A stretch of DNA of 64,000 nucleotides from an uncultured Alphaproteobacteria bacterium (GTDB lineage Bacteria > Pseudomonadota > Alphaproteobacteria > HIMB59 > GCA-002718135): contig CACIBE010000002.1 in assembly GCA_902584805.1 (NCBI GenBank), forward strand, positions 1,212-65,211, given 5' to 3'. The number at the start of each line of letters is the position of its first letter. Positions within the stretch are counted from its first letter, which is position 1. A program made the position numbers and the translations under genes. The notes beneath the pieces are model-generated. The model was given only the letters and a program-made list of their open reading frames with translations, did no database searches and was not told where the DNA came from. Positions 50,114 to 60,091 of the stretch are shown here, in pieces.

Positions 50114-51163
50114 ATGAAAATTTTACCCAACAAAATAAATAAATTTTTTGATAGCATTTTATCAAAACTATCTGTTCCAAAAAAAGATAGAAATTTACTT
50201 ATTAAATCACTTTTAGATTCTTCTATTAGAGGCGTGGACAGTCATGGTATTAGATTATTTTCTCATTATGTAAAATGTATTGAAAACGGAAGAATAAAAG
50301 CAAAACCTAAAATGAAGCTTATAAAAAAAAATAGAGGTGTAGCTGTCTATGATGCTGATGATGGCTTAGGGCATGTAGCAGCTTTAAAGGCATCAGCAAT
50401 AGTATCATCTATGGCAAAGAAGAATGGCATTGCTTCGATTGGCATAATAAACTCCTCACATTATGGTGCTGCAGGTGTATATTCTATGGATATTGCACAA
50501 AACGACTGTGTTGGTTTTTCATTTACACACTCAGATGCTTTTGCAATACCGTATAATGGTAAGAAACCTTTTCACGGGACTAATCCTTATTCTTTTACAG
50601 CACCAATAGGTAACAAAGACTTTTTACATGCAGATTTTTCTTCAACTTCCATAGCATGGAATAAAGTTATGAGAGCTAGAGCAAATTTTACTAAATTAAA
50701 TTCTGAAATTGCACTTGATAAATCCGGCAACTACACGACTAACCCTTATAACGCTGTTTCTTTGGCTCCACTTGGAGGTAAAGAATATGGGTATAAAGGT
50801 TTTGGATTATCTTCCTCTGTAGAAATAATGTGTGGACCACTTATAGGTATGGCTCATGGATATCGTTTATTATCAATGATTGGGCCAGATTTTAGTACCC
50901 CAAGAAAACTAGGACATTTCTTAATCGCAATTTCATTAAAAGCTTTCACAACAAAAAAACAATATTTTAACGGTATGAAAAACTATATGAGTGATTTAAA
51001 AAAACAAAAACCAAAAAATAATAATAATCCAATATTATATCCAGGAGAAAAAGAAAAAATTACTACAAAGAAAAGATTGAAATCAGGTATTCCAATTGAC
51101 AAAGAATTAAAAAATGATTTTTTATATTTAGCAGATAAATATAAAATAAAAATTAATTTATAG
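50114..51163 (+). CDS. Ldh_2 family (AllD/ComC/YiaK-type) 2-hydroxyacid oxidoreductase
   Basis: RGVDSHG, SSHYGA, GTNP, YKGFGL, YPGE. Confidence 0.85.
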   Translation: MKILPNKINKFFDSILSKLSVPKKDRNLLIKSLLDSSIRGVDSHGIRLFSHYVKCIENGRIKAKPKMKLIKKNRGVAVYDADDGLGHVAALKASAIVSSMAKKNGIASIGIINSSHYGAAGVYSMDIAQNDCVGFSFTHSDAFAIPYNGKKPFHGTNPYSFTAPIGNKDFLHADFSSTSIAWNKVMRARANFTKLNSEIALDKSGNYTTNPYNAVSLAPLGGKEYGYKGFGLSSSVEIMCGPLIGMAHGYRLLSMIGPDFSTPRKLGHFLIAISLKAFTTKKQYFNGMKNYMSDLKKQKPKNNNNPILYPGEKEKITTKKRLKSGIPIDKELKNDFLYLADKYKIKINL

Positions 51164-52340
51164 CTTTGATAACCCCTTTAAGTTGATCTAGCCCTTTCAT
51201 TCTTCCTAATAATGAATATCCAGGTATAACTGAATTAAATTGGTCATGGAGTATTGTATGTCCATGATCAGGTCTCATAGGAATTTGCTTAATAGGGTGA
51301 TTATTTTTTTTCCTCTTATTTTCTTCTTTTAATATTGCCTTGATAATAGATACCATGTCCAGGCTTCCATTAAGATGGTCATCTTCATAAAAATCAAGAG
51401 ATTTTGGAATATGTCTTATATTTCTTAAATGAATAAAATTTATATAAGAGCCATATTTTTTAATTATATTTACTAAGTTATTTTTTTTATTAACACCAAG
51501 GGATCCTGTACAAAAAGTTAAACCTATGTTTGTATCTTTTTTTATATTCACAATAAAATTAATATCTTTCTCATTAGAAACAATTCTTGGTAATCCGTAA
51601 ACATTATATGGAGGATCATCCGGATGAATATTGTAATGAATATTATATTTTTTTATGATTGGATAAATTTCTTCTATAAAATCTTTTAAATTATTTTGTA
51701 GATCACTATGATTTAATTCTGCAAATTGATCAATCTCATAATTTAAATCTTTTATTGTATATTTTCTATCGTTTGCAGCTAAACCCCCAAGTAAAGACAT
51801 TTTAAGTTTTTTTAAATCACTAGAATTCATTTTTTGTAATATTTTTTTTGAAGTATGGATATCTTTGGAAGAGTATCTCTTTTTTGCCGTTTTAGATTTC
51901 AAAATAAAATTTTCAAATGCACAGACATGAAGATGATTATATTTTAGAGCAAATGCTCCATTTGGAAGTTGATGATTTAAATCTGTTCTCACCCAATCAA
52001 TCAATGGCATAAAATTGTAACAAATATTTTTAATCTTATTCTTTCCTAAATTTATCAATGACTCTTTGTATTGATCTATGTAATATTTATATTTCCCTGA
52101 TCTCTTTTTTATATCATTATGAACGGGAAGACTTTCAACAACACTCCAAGTTAAATTTTTATTTTTATTAATTTTGAAACTTTCAATAAATTTTTTTCTT
52201 TTTTTTATTTCGATTGCAGACCATTTTTCACCATATTTTATTTGTGCTAGTGAGGATACGATTCCTTCTACTCCTATCTGCCGAATTTGATCTAATTTTG
52301 AAGGATCATTATGACCAAACCATCTAAATGAGTACTGCAT
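51153..52340 (-). CDS. uxuA: Mannonate dehydratase
   Basis: FRWFG, VVESLPVH, CYNFMP..DW.RT, HPDDPP, CTGS, MRPDHGH. Confidence 0.93.
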   Translation of the reverse strand: MQYSFRWFGHNDPSKLDQIRQIGVEGIVSSLAQIKYGEKWSAIEIKKRKKFIESFKINKNKNLTWSVVESLPVHNDIKKRSGKYKYYIDQYKESLINLGKNKIKNICYNFMPLIDWVRTDLNHQLPNGAFALKYNHLHVCAFENFILKSKTAKKRYSSKDIHTSKKILQKMNSSDLKKLKMSLLGGLAANDRKYTIKDLNYEIDQFAELNHSDLQNNLKDFIEEIYPIIKKYNIHYNIHPDDPPYNVYGLPRIVSNEKDINFIVNIKKDTNIGLTFCTGSLGVNKKNNLVNIIKKYGSYINFIHLRNIRHIPKSLDFYEDDHLNGSLDMVSIIKAILKEENKRKKNNHPIKQIPMRPDHGHTILHDQFNSVIPGYSLLGRMKGLDQLKGVIKAIN

Positions 52341-52444
52341 TAAATGATAGTATAATCAATAGTGTTATAAATAAATACTTTATTTTATTTTTGTTGATTT
52401 AAGTTCTAAATCTGAATACATTAAAAAAAATTTAAGGAGGAATA

Positions 52445-53473
52445 ATGAAAAAATTTATAATATTTTTAACTTCTTTTTTTGCTTTACTAGCATCACCTGT
52501 TTTTGCAGGTGGTCATGGTGTTACTAAAGTAGCTCTAGTCCCTGGTGGTCCCCACCCTTATTTTGCTGCGTGGGAACAAGCAGGTTTAGATGCTGTAGAA
52601 GACTTTGGTTTAGGAAAAGCAGATTACAGAGTTCCTGCAGAGTGGGATCTAAGTCAACAAAACGAGTTAATTGAAAGTTTAGTTGGTCAAGGTTACAATG
52701 CAGTACTTGTATTTCCTGGTGATGCAGTTGGTACAAATAAAATTTTAGGTGAACTAGATGATGCTGGTATACCAACAGCTGCTTTAGCAGGATGTGTTGA
52801 ACAACCAACTCAAGCAAAATTTTGTTTTGGAACTGACACTGGTCACTCAGCTTATCTTGGTACAAAAGAATTAATTAAAGCTTTAGGTGGCAAAGGAAAA
52901 ATTGCTCACTTTACTGGTTTCTTAGTTGACCCAAATACAACTCTAAGAATCAATGCTGTTGAACAAGCTGTTTCAGAAGCAGGTGGTGGAGTAGAAATTA
53001 TTCAAGTTATTGCTGATATTGATGCTTATGAACCAGCTGATGAAAAAATTAATGCTTTCATGGCGGCTCAAGGAAGTGAAGTAGATGGTATTGTTACTAC
53101 TGCTTGGGTTCCTGCTGTTGTAGCAGCACAAGCTTTAACTAATATGGGTGATAAAAGAATTAAAATGGTTGGTATTGATCATGACGAAGTAGTTTTAAAA
53201 GCTATAAAAGATGGTTATGTTCATGGAACTATGCTTCAAAACCCATATGGACAAGGTTACATTGGTTCATATGTAATGGACAAAGTTAGACAAGGTTGTG
53301 AGTTCAAAGCTGATGCACCTTGGAAATCAACTGCACAAACTGATCAATTTATTGACTCAGGTACTGTATTTGTTGATATTAGCGATGTTGATACATACGT
53401 TATGGCTATGAGAGGAATTTCTCTAGAAATTTTAGAAACTTTTGATAGCACATATCTAAACTGTCCAAGTTAA
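52445..53473 (+). CDS. Monosaccharide ABC substrate-binding protein (RbsB/CUT2 type)
   Basis: SD AAGGAGG; signal peptide ending VFA; GPHPYF, MVGID, QNPYGQGY. Confidence 0.88.
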   Translation: MKKFIIFLTSFFALLASPVFAGGHGVTKVALVPGGPHPYFAAWEQAGLDAVEDFGLGKADYRVPAEWDLSQQNELIESLVGQGYNAVLVFPGDAVGTNKILGELDDAGIPTAALAGCVEQPTQAKFCFGTDTGHSAYLGTKELIKALGGKGKIAHFTGFLVDPNTTLRINAVEQAVSEAGGGVEIIQVIADIDAYEPADEKINAFMAAQGSEVDGIVTTAWVPAVVAAQALTNMGDKRIKMVGIDHDEVVLKAIKDGYVHGTMLQNPYGQGYIGSYVMDKVRQGCEFKADAPWKSTAQTDQFIDSGTVFVDISDVDTYVMAMRGISLEILETFDSTYLNCPS

Positions 53474-53481
53474 AATAATAT

Positions 53482-53505
53482 GGGGGCATTAAGCCCCCTT
53501 TTTTT
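53482..53505 (+). terminator. Intrinsic terminator-like hairpin abutting the next start codon
   Basis: GGGGGC-ATTAA-GCCCCC-TTTTTTT then ATG at 53506. Confidence 0.78.
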
Positions 53506-54492
53506 ATGAATAATAAAATTCCTAATTTTGTAAAAACTAATCAGTTTGGTTTACTTATATTGGTAATTGTATTTATTTGTATTTTCTCCTTTTCAACTGA
53601 TGGATTTACTTCAAGATTCAACATTTATGCACTCTCAAGAGTAGTTGCTCTGGATATAATGATTGGTTTAGCAATGATGGTAGTTATACTTACTGGAGGT
53701 TTAAATCTATCTCTAGGTGCTTTAGGTGTTTCTGCAGCAATGTTTGGTGGTTGGTGTATGGAAAGTATGGGAATTCCTATTTCTATTACAATCATTTTAG
53801 TTTTAGCTTTTGGATCATTTCTAGGTTGGATTAATGGATTTGTAACTGTTAGAACAGGTGTTCATAGTTTCATTGTTACACTGGCAACGATGAGTATTTA
53901 TTTTGGCTTCATGACCTTGCTTACTGAAGCAGAAGCTTTTAGAAAATTACCAGAGGCTTTTACTGATTTTGGAAGTTTAAAACTTTTCAATAAATATATT
54001 TCACCATTGCTAATTATTAGTGTGTTAACTTGTTTTGTACTTTACTACATTTTTAAATACACTGATATTGGACGAAAGCTTATTGCAGCTGGAGCGAATC
54101 CTGATGCTGCAGAATTATCAGGTATTTCTGTAGATAGAATGTTTATTTATTGTCATATGCTGTCAGGCTTTTTAGCAGCACTAGCTGGCATAATGTTAAC
54201 AGCAAGAATTGGTGCCGCAATTCCGTCTATGGCTGGTCATCTTGGATTTGATTGGTTATTACCTGCTTTTTTAGCTCCAGTATTGGGCGGAACACTTCTT
54301 TCTGGAGGTAAGGTTACAGTTTTTGGAACAATGCTAGGAGCAATTCTTGTTACATTAATAAATAATGGATTATACTTAATCGATGTAGGTGAATTCTGGG
54401 TAAGATTTTTTCTTGGTATCATATTATTAGGAGCTGTTCTTCTAGATAGAGCTAGGGAATATTTTACTGTTAAAAATTCAATTGTTTCATGA
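53506..54492 (+). CDS. Monosaccharide ABC permease (RbsC-like)
   Basis: GGLNLS.G, FIVTLAT, G.N..AAELSGI, VLGGT. Confidence 0.9.
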   Translation: MNNKIPNFVKTNQFGLLILVIVFICIFSFSTDGFTSRFNIYALSRVVALDIMIGLAMMVVILTGGLNLSLGALGVSAAMFGGWCMESMGIPISITIILVLAFGSFLGWINGFVTVRTGVHSFIVTLATMSIYFGFMTLLTEAEAFRKLPEAFTDFGSLKLFNKYISPLLIISVLTCFVLYYIFKYTDIGRKLIAAGANPDAAELSGISVDRMFIYCHMLSGFLAALAGIMLTARIGAAIPSMAGHLGFDWLLPAFLAPVLGGTLLSGGKVTVFGTMLGAILVTLINNGLYLIDVGEFWVRFFLGIILLGAVLLDRAREYFTVKNSIVS

Positions 54493-55457
54493 GCGCGCTT
54501 TTAAAAAAAGATTGGTTTGGACTGGGCTTAGTTTTAATTTTTGGTTCAATCTTAATTTCATTGTTTAAGCCTGCATTTATTTCCCCATTCAATTTATATG
54601 TTTTAATGCTGAGTGTTAGTTTGATGCTCGTTGTGGCAATGTCACAAATGATTATCATTGCAATTGGTCAAATGAACTTATCTGTCGGAGCAATTGGTGG
54701 CTTAGTTGCGATTTCATTTACTGGCTTAATGGAAGTTTATAGCATGTCTATTTTTCCTGCTGTTCTCATTGGATTATTAATTGGTCTTGCTTGTGGTTTT
54801 ATAAACGGATACATCACTGTTAAAACTGGCATATCAGCTTTTATTATTACCCTTGCTACACTTTACATTTTTAAAGGAATGAATTTAGGAATAACAGAGG
54901 CTCAACCTTTTTATGAAATTCCTGAGGCTGTTAAATTTTTTGGAAATGCAAAAATCTTTGGCCCTATACCTTACTTAGTTATTATACCAATTATTATAAC
55001 TGTGCTGATGTGGATTTTAATGAATAGAACATCACTTGGAAGGTATATGCTGGCATACGGGAATAATGTACAATCATCAGAACTAATAGGAATATCTTCA
55101 ACAAAAATAGTTATTTATGCTCATGTTATATCAGGCCTTTTAGCTGCTATCGGTGGAATGTTAGTGGTTTGTAGATTACAACTTGGGACACCCAATATAG
55201 GTGATTCTTGGCTATTACCTTCATTTGCTGCTCCGGTAATTGGAGGCGCTATACTTGCTGGTGGAAAAGTAGATGTTATTGCTACTGCTTTTGGTGTGAT
55301 ATTAGTTTCTATAATTTCTCAAGCTTTAGTAATTTTCAAAATTGATCCTTTTTTTGTTCAAATATTTTTAGGATTTATGATTTTATTAGCGGTATTTATA
55401 AATAGATACAGAGAATATAGAGAAGAGAGAAGAACAAAGGTTTTTTCAGATGAGTGA
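54489..55457 (+). CDS. Monosaccharide ABC permease (RbsC-like)
   Basis: MNLSVG, FIITLAT, PVIGG. Confidence 0.9.
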   Translation: MSALLKKDWFGLGLVLIFGSILISLFKPAFISPFNLYVLMLSVSLMLVVAMSQMIIIAIGQMNLSVGAIGGLVAISFTGLMEVYSMSIFPAVLIGLLIGLACGFINGYITVKTGISAFIITLATLYIFKGMNLGITEAQPFYEIPEAVKFFGNAKIFGPIPYLVIIPIIITVLMWILMNRTSLGRYMLAYGNNVQSSELIGISSTKIVIYAHVISGLLAAIGGMLVVCRLQLGTPNIGDSWLLPSFAAPVIGGAILAGGKVDVIATAFGVILVSIISQALVIFKIDPFFVQIFLGFMILLAVFINRYREYREERRTKVFSDE

Positions 55458-56958
55458 TTATATTTTAGAACTCAACAACATTACAAAAAATTTTCCTGGT
55501 GTTAAAGCTCTTGATAATGCAAACTTCAGACTCAAAAAAAAATCAATCCATGCACTTCTTGGTGAAAATGGAGCAGGAAAATCTACATTAATTAAAATAA
55601 TCACAGGAGTATATAATCAAAATGAAGGTAAGCTATTTTTAAATAATCAAGAGAAGTCTTTTTCTTCACCTAATGAAGCAATGAATGCTGGAATTTCAGT
55701 TGTGCACCAAGAAAGAAATTTAATTAGGAGGTTTTCAGTTGGTGAAAATTTAATGTTAACCAACCTTCCTAAAAATAATTTAGGTTTAATTGATTATAAT
55801 ACTGTTGCCAAAGAATCAAAAAAATGGCTCGATATTATGGAGCTGGATATAGATCCAAATACAATAGTATCAGATTTAACAGTTGCAAAAATGCAACTTT
55901 GTGAAATAGCTAAAGCCTTATCCTTAGAATCAAAAATACTATTATTAGATGAGCCAACTTCATCATTATCCCCACAAGATACAAAAAATTTATTTGCATT
56001 ACTTAAACGATTAGTTGCTGAACAAGATGTAAGTATAGTATTTGTTAGTCACAAATTAGAGGAAGTATTTGAAATTTGTGATGAAGTTACTGTTTTGAGA
56101 GATGGTAAAAATGCTTGTGAGTCTGAACAAATTACTAATCTTAATAGACAGAAACTTGTTAAATTAATGATTGGTAGAGATGAACAAATAATTAAATCTA
56201 AGAAAAATATTGATTTTACAGATGAAAGTTTACTAGATCTACAATCAATAAACACTGACCTTGGTCATAAAAATATTAATTTAAATTTAAAAAAAGGAGA
56301 AATACTTGGATTATACGGTTTAGTTGGCGCAGGAAGAACAGAATTAATAAAATGTGTACTTGGGTTAGATAAAATTAATTCTGGACAGATTTTACTCAAC
56401 AATAAAGAAATTAAAATTAAGTCTCCAAAAGATGCACTAGAAAAATATAAAATTGGATACATAAGTGAAGACAGAAAAAAAGAGGGATTAATTCTAATGC
56501 ATGATGTTTTATCCAATGCCGGAATAACAGTCTGGTCAAATTTGAAAAAAATATTATCCTTTTTAAATGACAGTATTGTTTACAATAAAGTAGATCCTTA
56601 TGTGAAACAACTTGAAGTAAAAACACCTTCATACCAACAAATCGTTTCTAACTTATCTGGAGGTAATCAGCAAAAAATTAGTGTAGCTAAATGGCTAGCT
56701 TCTGGAACTGATATATTATTTATTGATGAACCCACAGTTGGTATAGATATAAAAACAAAATCTTACCTTCATGAATTAATTATTGAACTATCTTTAAAAG
56801 GCACATCAATAATTTTAATTACCAGTGATATGCCTGAAATGATTAGCTTAGCAGATAGAATTATAACAATGAAAGATTTTAAGGTAGTCGGTGAAACTAT
56901 CAATAATCATAACTATGAAGAAATGAGTTCATCAATTATGGGAAATATTCATGAATAA
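55450..56958 (+). CDS. Monosaccharide ABC ATPase (RbsA-like, two domains)
   Basis: GENGAGKST, DEPT, GLVGAGRTE, EDRK.EG, LSGGNQQK. Confidence 0.93.
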   Translation: MSDYILELNNITKNFPGVKALDNANFRLKKKSIHALLGENGAGKSTLIKIITGVYNQNEGKLFLNNQEKSFSSPNEAMNAGISVVHQERNLIRRFSVGENLMLTNLPKNNLGLIDYNTVAKESKKWLDIMELDIDPNTIVSDLTVAKMQLCEIAKALSLESKILLLDEPTSSLSPQDTKNLFALLKRLVAEQDVSIVFVSHKLEEVFEICDEVTVLRDGKNACESEQITNLNRQKLVKLMIGRDEQIIKSKKNIDFTDESLLDLQSINTDLGHKNINLNLKKGEILGLYGLVGAGRTELIKCVLGLDKINSGQILLNNKEIKIKSPKDALEKYKIGYISEDRKKEGLILMHDVLSNAGITVWSNLKKILSFLNDSIVYNKVDPYVKQLEVKTPSYQQIVSNLSGGNQQKISVAKWLASGTDILFIDEPTVGIDIKTKSYLHELIIELSLKGTSIILITSDMPEMISLADRIITMKDFKVVGETINNHNYEEMSSSIMGNIHE

Positions 56959-57952
56959 AAGACAGCTTGGAAAAACTGATATAAACTTAACAGCTATTGG
57001 TTTTGGTGGAGCGCCCTTGGGCAATTTATTTGAAAATCTTGATGAACGTAATTGCTACGACATACTTGAAAAAAGCTATGAAAAAGGAATCAATATTTAT
57101 GATACATCACCTTTATATGGTTATGGATTAAGTGAACATAGATTAGGAAATTTTTTAAAAACTGTAGATGAGGATAGTTATTTTTTATCAACAAAAGTTG
57201 GAAGATATCTAACACCAGCAAAAAAAGATAATATAGATAGAGGGAGATTTGCAGGAAGTTTAAATTTTTCTCCTAATCTCGATTACTCTTATGACGGTGT
57301 GATGAGAGCATTTGAGCAATCATTACTAAGATTAGCTGTTTCAAAAGTAGATATTTGCTTAATTCATGATGTAGATCGATTTAATTTTGGTGACGAGGTT
57401 GATCATTATTTTAAATTAGCAATGGATGGCGCGTATAAAGCCGTACAAAAACTAAAAGAAGAAAAAGTTATCAAGGCTATTGGAGTAGGAGTAAATGACT
57501 CTGATATATGTGCACGATTTGCAAATGCAGGCGATTTTGATTGTATGGTTCTAGCAGGCAGATATTCATTATTGGATCAAAATGCTCTCAATGATTTTTT
57601 CCCTATTGCTGAAAAAAATAATATAGGAATTATTCTTGCAGGAATTTTTAATTCAGGAATTTTAGCTAAAGGTGTAGGTGAAAATATTACTTATTTTTAT
57701 GATAAAATTCCAGAAGAAGTTAAACAACGATACTTAAAAATTGCAAATATTTGTAAAAAATATGATGTGCCTGTCCCTGCAGCAGCAATACAATTTTGCT
57801 ATACAAATAAACTTGTTACTTCCATGATATTAGGTATGGATAGGCTTGATCAAGTGGAGCAAAACTTAGGATTTTTAAATTTTCCTATACCTGAAGATTT
57901 GTGGAAAGATTTACTTAATGAAAAACTAATTGATGAAAGATGTCCAATATGA
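56951..57952 (+). CDS. Aldo/keto reductase, D-threo-aldose (L-fucose) 1-dehydrogenase-like
   Basis: GGAPLGNL, DTSPLYG.GLSE.RLG, STKVGR, DYSYDG, LAGRY.LLDQ; fucose pathway context. Confidence 0.8.
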   Translation: MNKRQLGKTDINLTAIGFGGAPLGNLFENLDERNCYDILEKSYEKGINIYDTSPLYGYGLSEHRLGNFLKTVDEDSYFLSTKVGRYLTPAKKDNIDRGRFAGSLNFSPNLDYSYDGVMRAFEQSLLRLAVSKVDICLIHDVDRFNFGDEVDHYFKLAMDGAYKAVQKLKEEKVIKAIGVGVNDSDICARFANAGDFDCMVLAGRYSLLDQNALNDFFPIAEKNNIGIILAGIFNSGILAKGVGENITYFYDKIPEEVKQRYLKIANICKKYDVPVPAAAIQFCYTNKLVTSMILGMDRLDQVEQNLGFLNFPIPEDLWKDLLNEKLIDERCPI

Positions 57953-59235
57953 AAATAATTGATATTAAAACTCAGGATATTCGTTTTCCAACATCAAAAG
58001 ATAATTTGGGAACTGATGCTGTACATGTTGATTGTGATTATTCTGCAACTTATGTCACAATATTTACTGATCAAAAAGATCTAACCGGTATTGGATTAAC
58101 CTTTACTATTGGAAAAGGTAATGATCTTTGTTGTACTGTTATAGAATACTTTAAAGAATTTATTATTGGAAAAAATATTGAGGAAATAGAAAGGGATATT
58201 GCATCGATATGGGAAAAAATTACAAACCACAGTCAATTAAGATGGGTAGGGCCACAAAAAGGTGTAACGCATCTTGCAGCTGCAGCTTTTTTTAATGCAA
58301 TATGGGATTTAATTTCTAAATTTCATAAAAAACCTCTTTGGAGATACATAATAGAATTAGAAACAAGAGATTTATTAGATAAACTCTCTTTTTCTTATAT
58401 CGACGATGTAATTACTAAAGATGAAGCGGCTAAAATAATTGATCAAAAAAAACTAAGTTTGCCTTCAAACTTAGACGATTTAAATTCCACTATTTTTCCA
58501 GCATACACAACTGCAGCTGGTTGGTTGGGGTATTCAGATGAAAAAATGAAAAGACTAGTTGAAGAAAATTTAAGTAACGGTTGGACTCATTTTAAAATGA
58601 AAGTTGGTCAAGATATAGAAAGAGATATCCATCGCTGTAAATTAGTAAGAGAATTAATAGGTGATAATAATAAATTGATGGTAGATTCAAATCAAATCTG
58701 GAGTGTAAATGAGACTATAGAAAATATTGGAAAACTAAAACAGTTCGATATTTTATTCTATGAAGAACCAACCAACCCTGATGATGTTTTAGGTTTTAAA
58801 AAAATTAAAGATGCACATCCTGACATTAATCTTGCAACAGGAGAAATGATACAAAATAAAGTTATGTTTAAACAATTTATAGAACACAAATCTTTAGATT
58901 ATTGCCAAATTGATAGTTGTAGAATTGCAAGTATAAATGAAATTTTACCAGTTCTTTTAATAGCTAGTAAGTTTAATACCCCCGTTATTCCTCACGCAGG
59001 TGGCGTTGGTTTATGTGAATATGTTCAACATTTAAATCTAATCAACAAGTTTATAATTTCTAATCATGAATTATTATTAAGTGAATATGCAGAAAGCTGC
59101 TCTGAACATTTTGAAAATCCAGCAATAATTAAAGATGGTGGATATGTTACTCCTACAAATCCAGGATATTCTGTAAAAATTAAAGATAGTTCTCTTAATG
59201 AATTTGATTATAATAATGGTACTTATTGGAAATAA
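57949..59235 (+). CDS. fucD: L-fuconate dehydratase (enolase superfamily)
   Basis: DIRFPTS...DA...DYSA, FTIG.GN, QLRWVGP.KGV.H, AYTT.AGWLGYSD, KMK, PHAGGVGLCE; start probably at the ATGA overlap (57940 is an alternative). Confidence 0.88.
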   Translation: MKIIDIKTQDIRFPTSKDNLGTDAVHVDCDYSATYVTIFTDQKDLTGIGLTFTIGKGNDLCCTVIEYFKEFIIGKNIEEIERDIASIWEKITNHSQLRWVGPQKGVTHLAAAAFFNAIWDLISKFHKKPLWRYIIELETRDLLDKLSFSYIDDVITKDEAAKIIDQKKLSLPSNLDDLNSTIFPAYTTAAGWLGYSDEKMKRLVEENLSNGWTHFKMKVGQDIERDIHRCKLVRELIGDNNKLMVDSNQIWSVNETIENIGKLKQFDILFYEEPTNPDDVLGFKKIKDAHPDINLATGEMIQNKVMFKQFIEHKSLDYCQIDSCRIASINEILPVLLIASKFNTPVIPHAGGVGLCEYVQHLNLINKFIISNHELLLSEYAESCSEHFENPAIIKDGGYVTPTNPGYSVKIKDSSLNEFDYNNGTYWK

Positions 59236-60060
59236 ATGTACGTAGATAGTCATCAACATTTTTGGAAACTTTCAAGAGGAGATTACTCTTGGATGACCCC
59301 AGATATGAAAGTCTTATATAAAGATTTTTTTCCAGAAGATCTTGAGCCACTTATAAAACAAAAAAATATAACTAAAACAGTAATTGTCCAAGCTGCTGAC
59401 ACGGTTGCTGAAACAGAATTTACATTAAGTTTAGCATCAAAATATGAATTTATTGCAGGCGTGGTGGGTTGGGTTGATCTAGATAGTAACAATGCTAAAG
59501 ATGATATTGATAAACTTTGTGAGAGTAAATTTTTAAAAGGTTTTAGACCTATGATACACGATATTCAAGATGATGCTTGGATGTTAAATGATCACTTAAA
59601 AGAAAATATAAAATATTTAAATACAAAAAATTTAACTTTTGACGCTTTAGTTCGACCAAATCATCTTCAACATCTTATACAATTTGTTAAAAAATATGAT
59701 TTCCTTCCTATAGTTATTGATCATATTGCTAAGCCCGTGATTACTAAATCTGAAATTGACCAATGGAAAAAAGATATGACTGAACTATCAAATGCAAGTA
59801 ATGTTTATTGTAAATTCTCTGGAATTCTCACTGAAGTTGGTCCAGATTATACAAAAGAACAGCTTGATCCTTATATTGATTTTATTCTTAACACTTTTGG
59901 ATCTGATAAATTAATGTGGGGAAGTGATTGGCCTGTTTTAACAATGGCAGATAATTATTCAAATTGGTTTGATTTAGCAATGAATTATTGCAATTCTTTT
60001 TCTGAAGACGAAAAAAATAAAATATTTTCTCGAAATGCAACTCAATTTTATAGTCTTTAA
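59236..60060 (+). CDS. L-fucono-1,5-lactonase (amidohydrolase_2)
   Basis: DSHQHFW, VQA, GVVGWVD, DHIAKP, KFSG, WGSDWPV. Confidence 0.85.
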   Translation: MYVDSHQHFWKLSRGDYSWMTPDMKVLYKDFFPEDLEPLIKQKNITKTVIVQAADTVAETEFTLSLASKYEFIAGVVGWVDLDSNNAKDDIDKLCESKFLKGFRPMIHDIQDDAWMLNDHLKENIKYLNTKNLTFDALVRPNHLQHLIQFVKKYDFLPIVIDHIAKPVITKSEIDQWKKDMTELSNASNVYCKFSGILTEVGPDYTKEQLDPYIDFILNTFGSDKLMWGSDWPVLTMADNYSNWFDLAMNYCNSFSEDEKNKIFSRNATQFYSL

Positions 60061-60091
60061 AAGATTATATAAATTTAAATTTAATTAAGCG

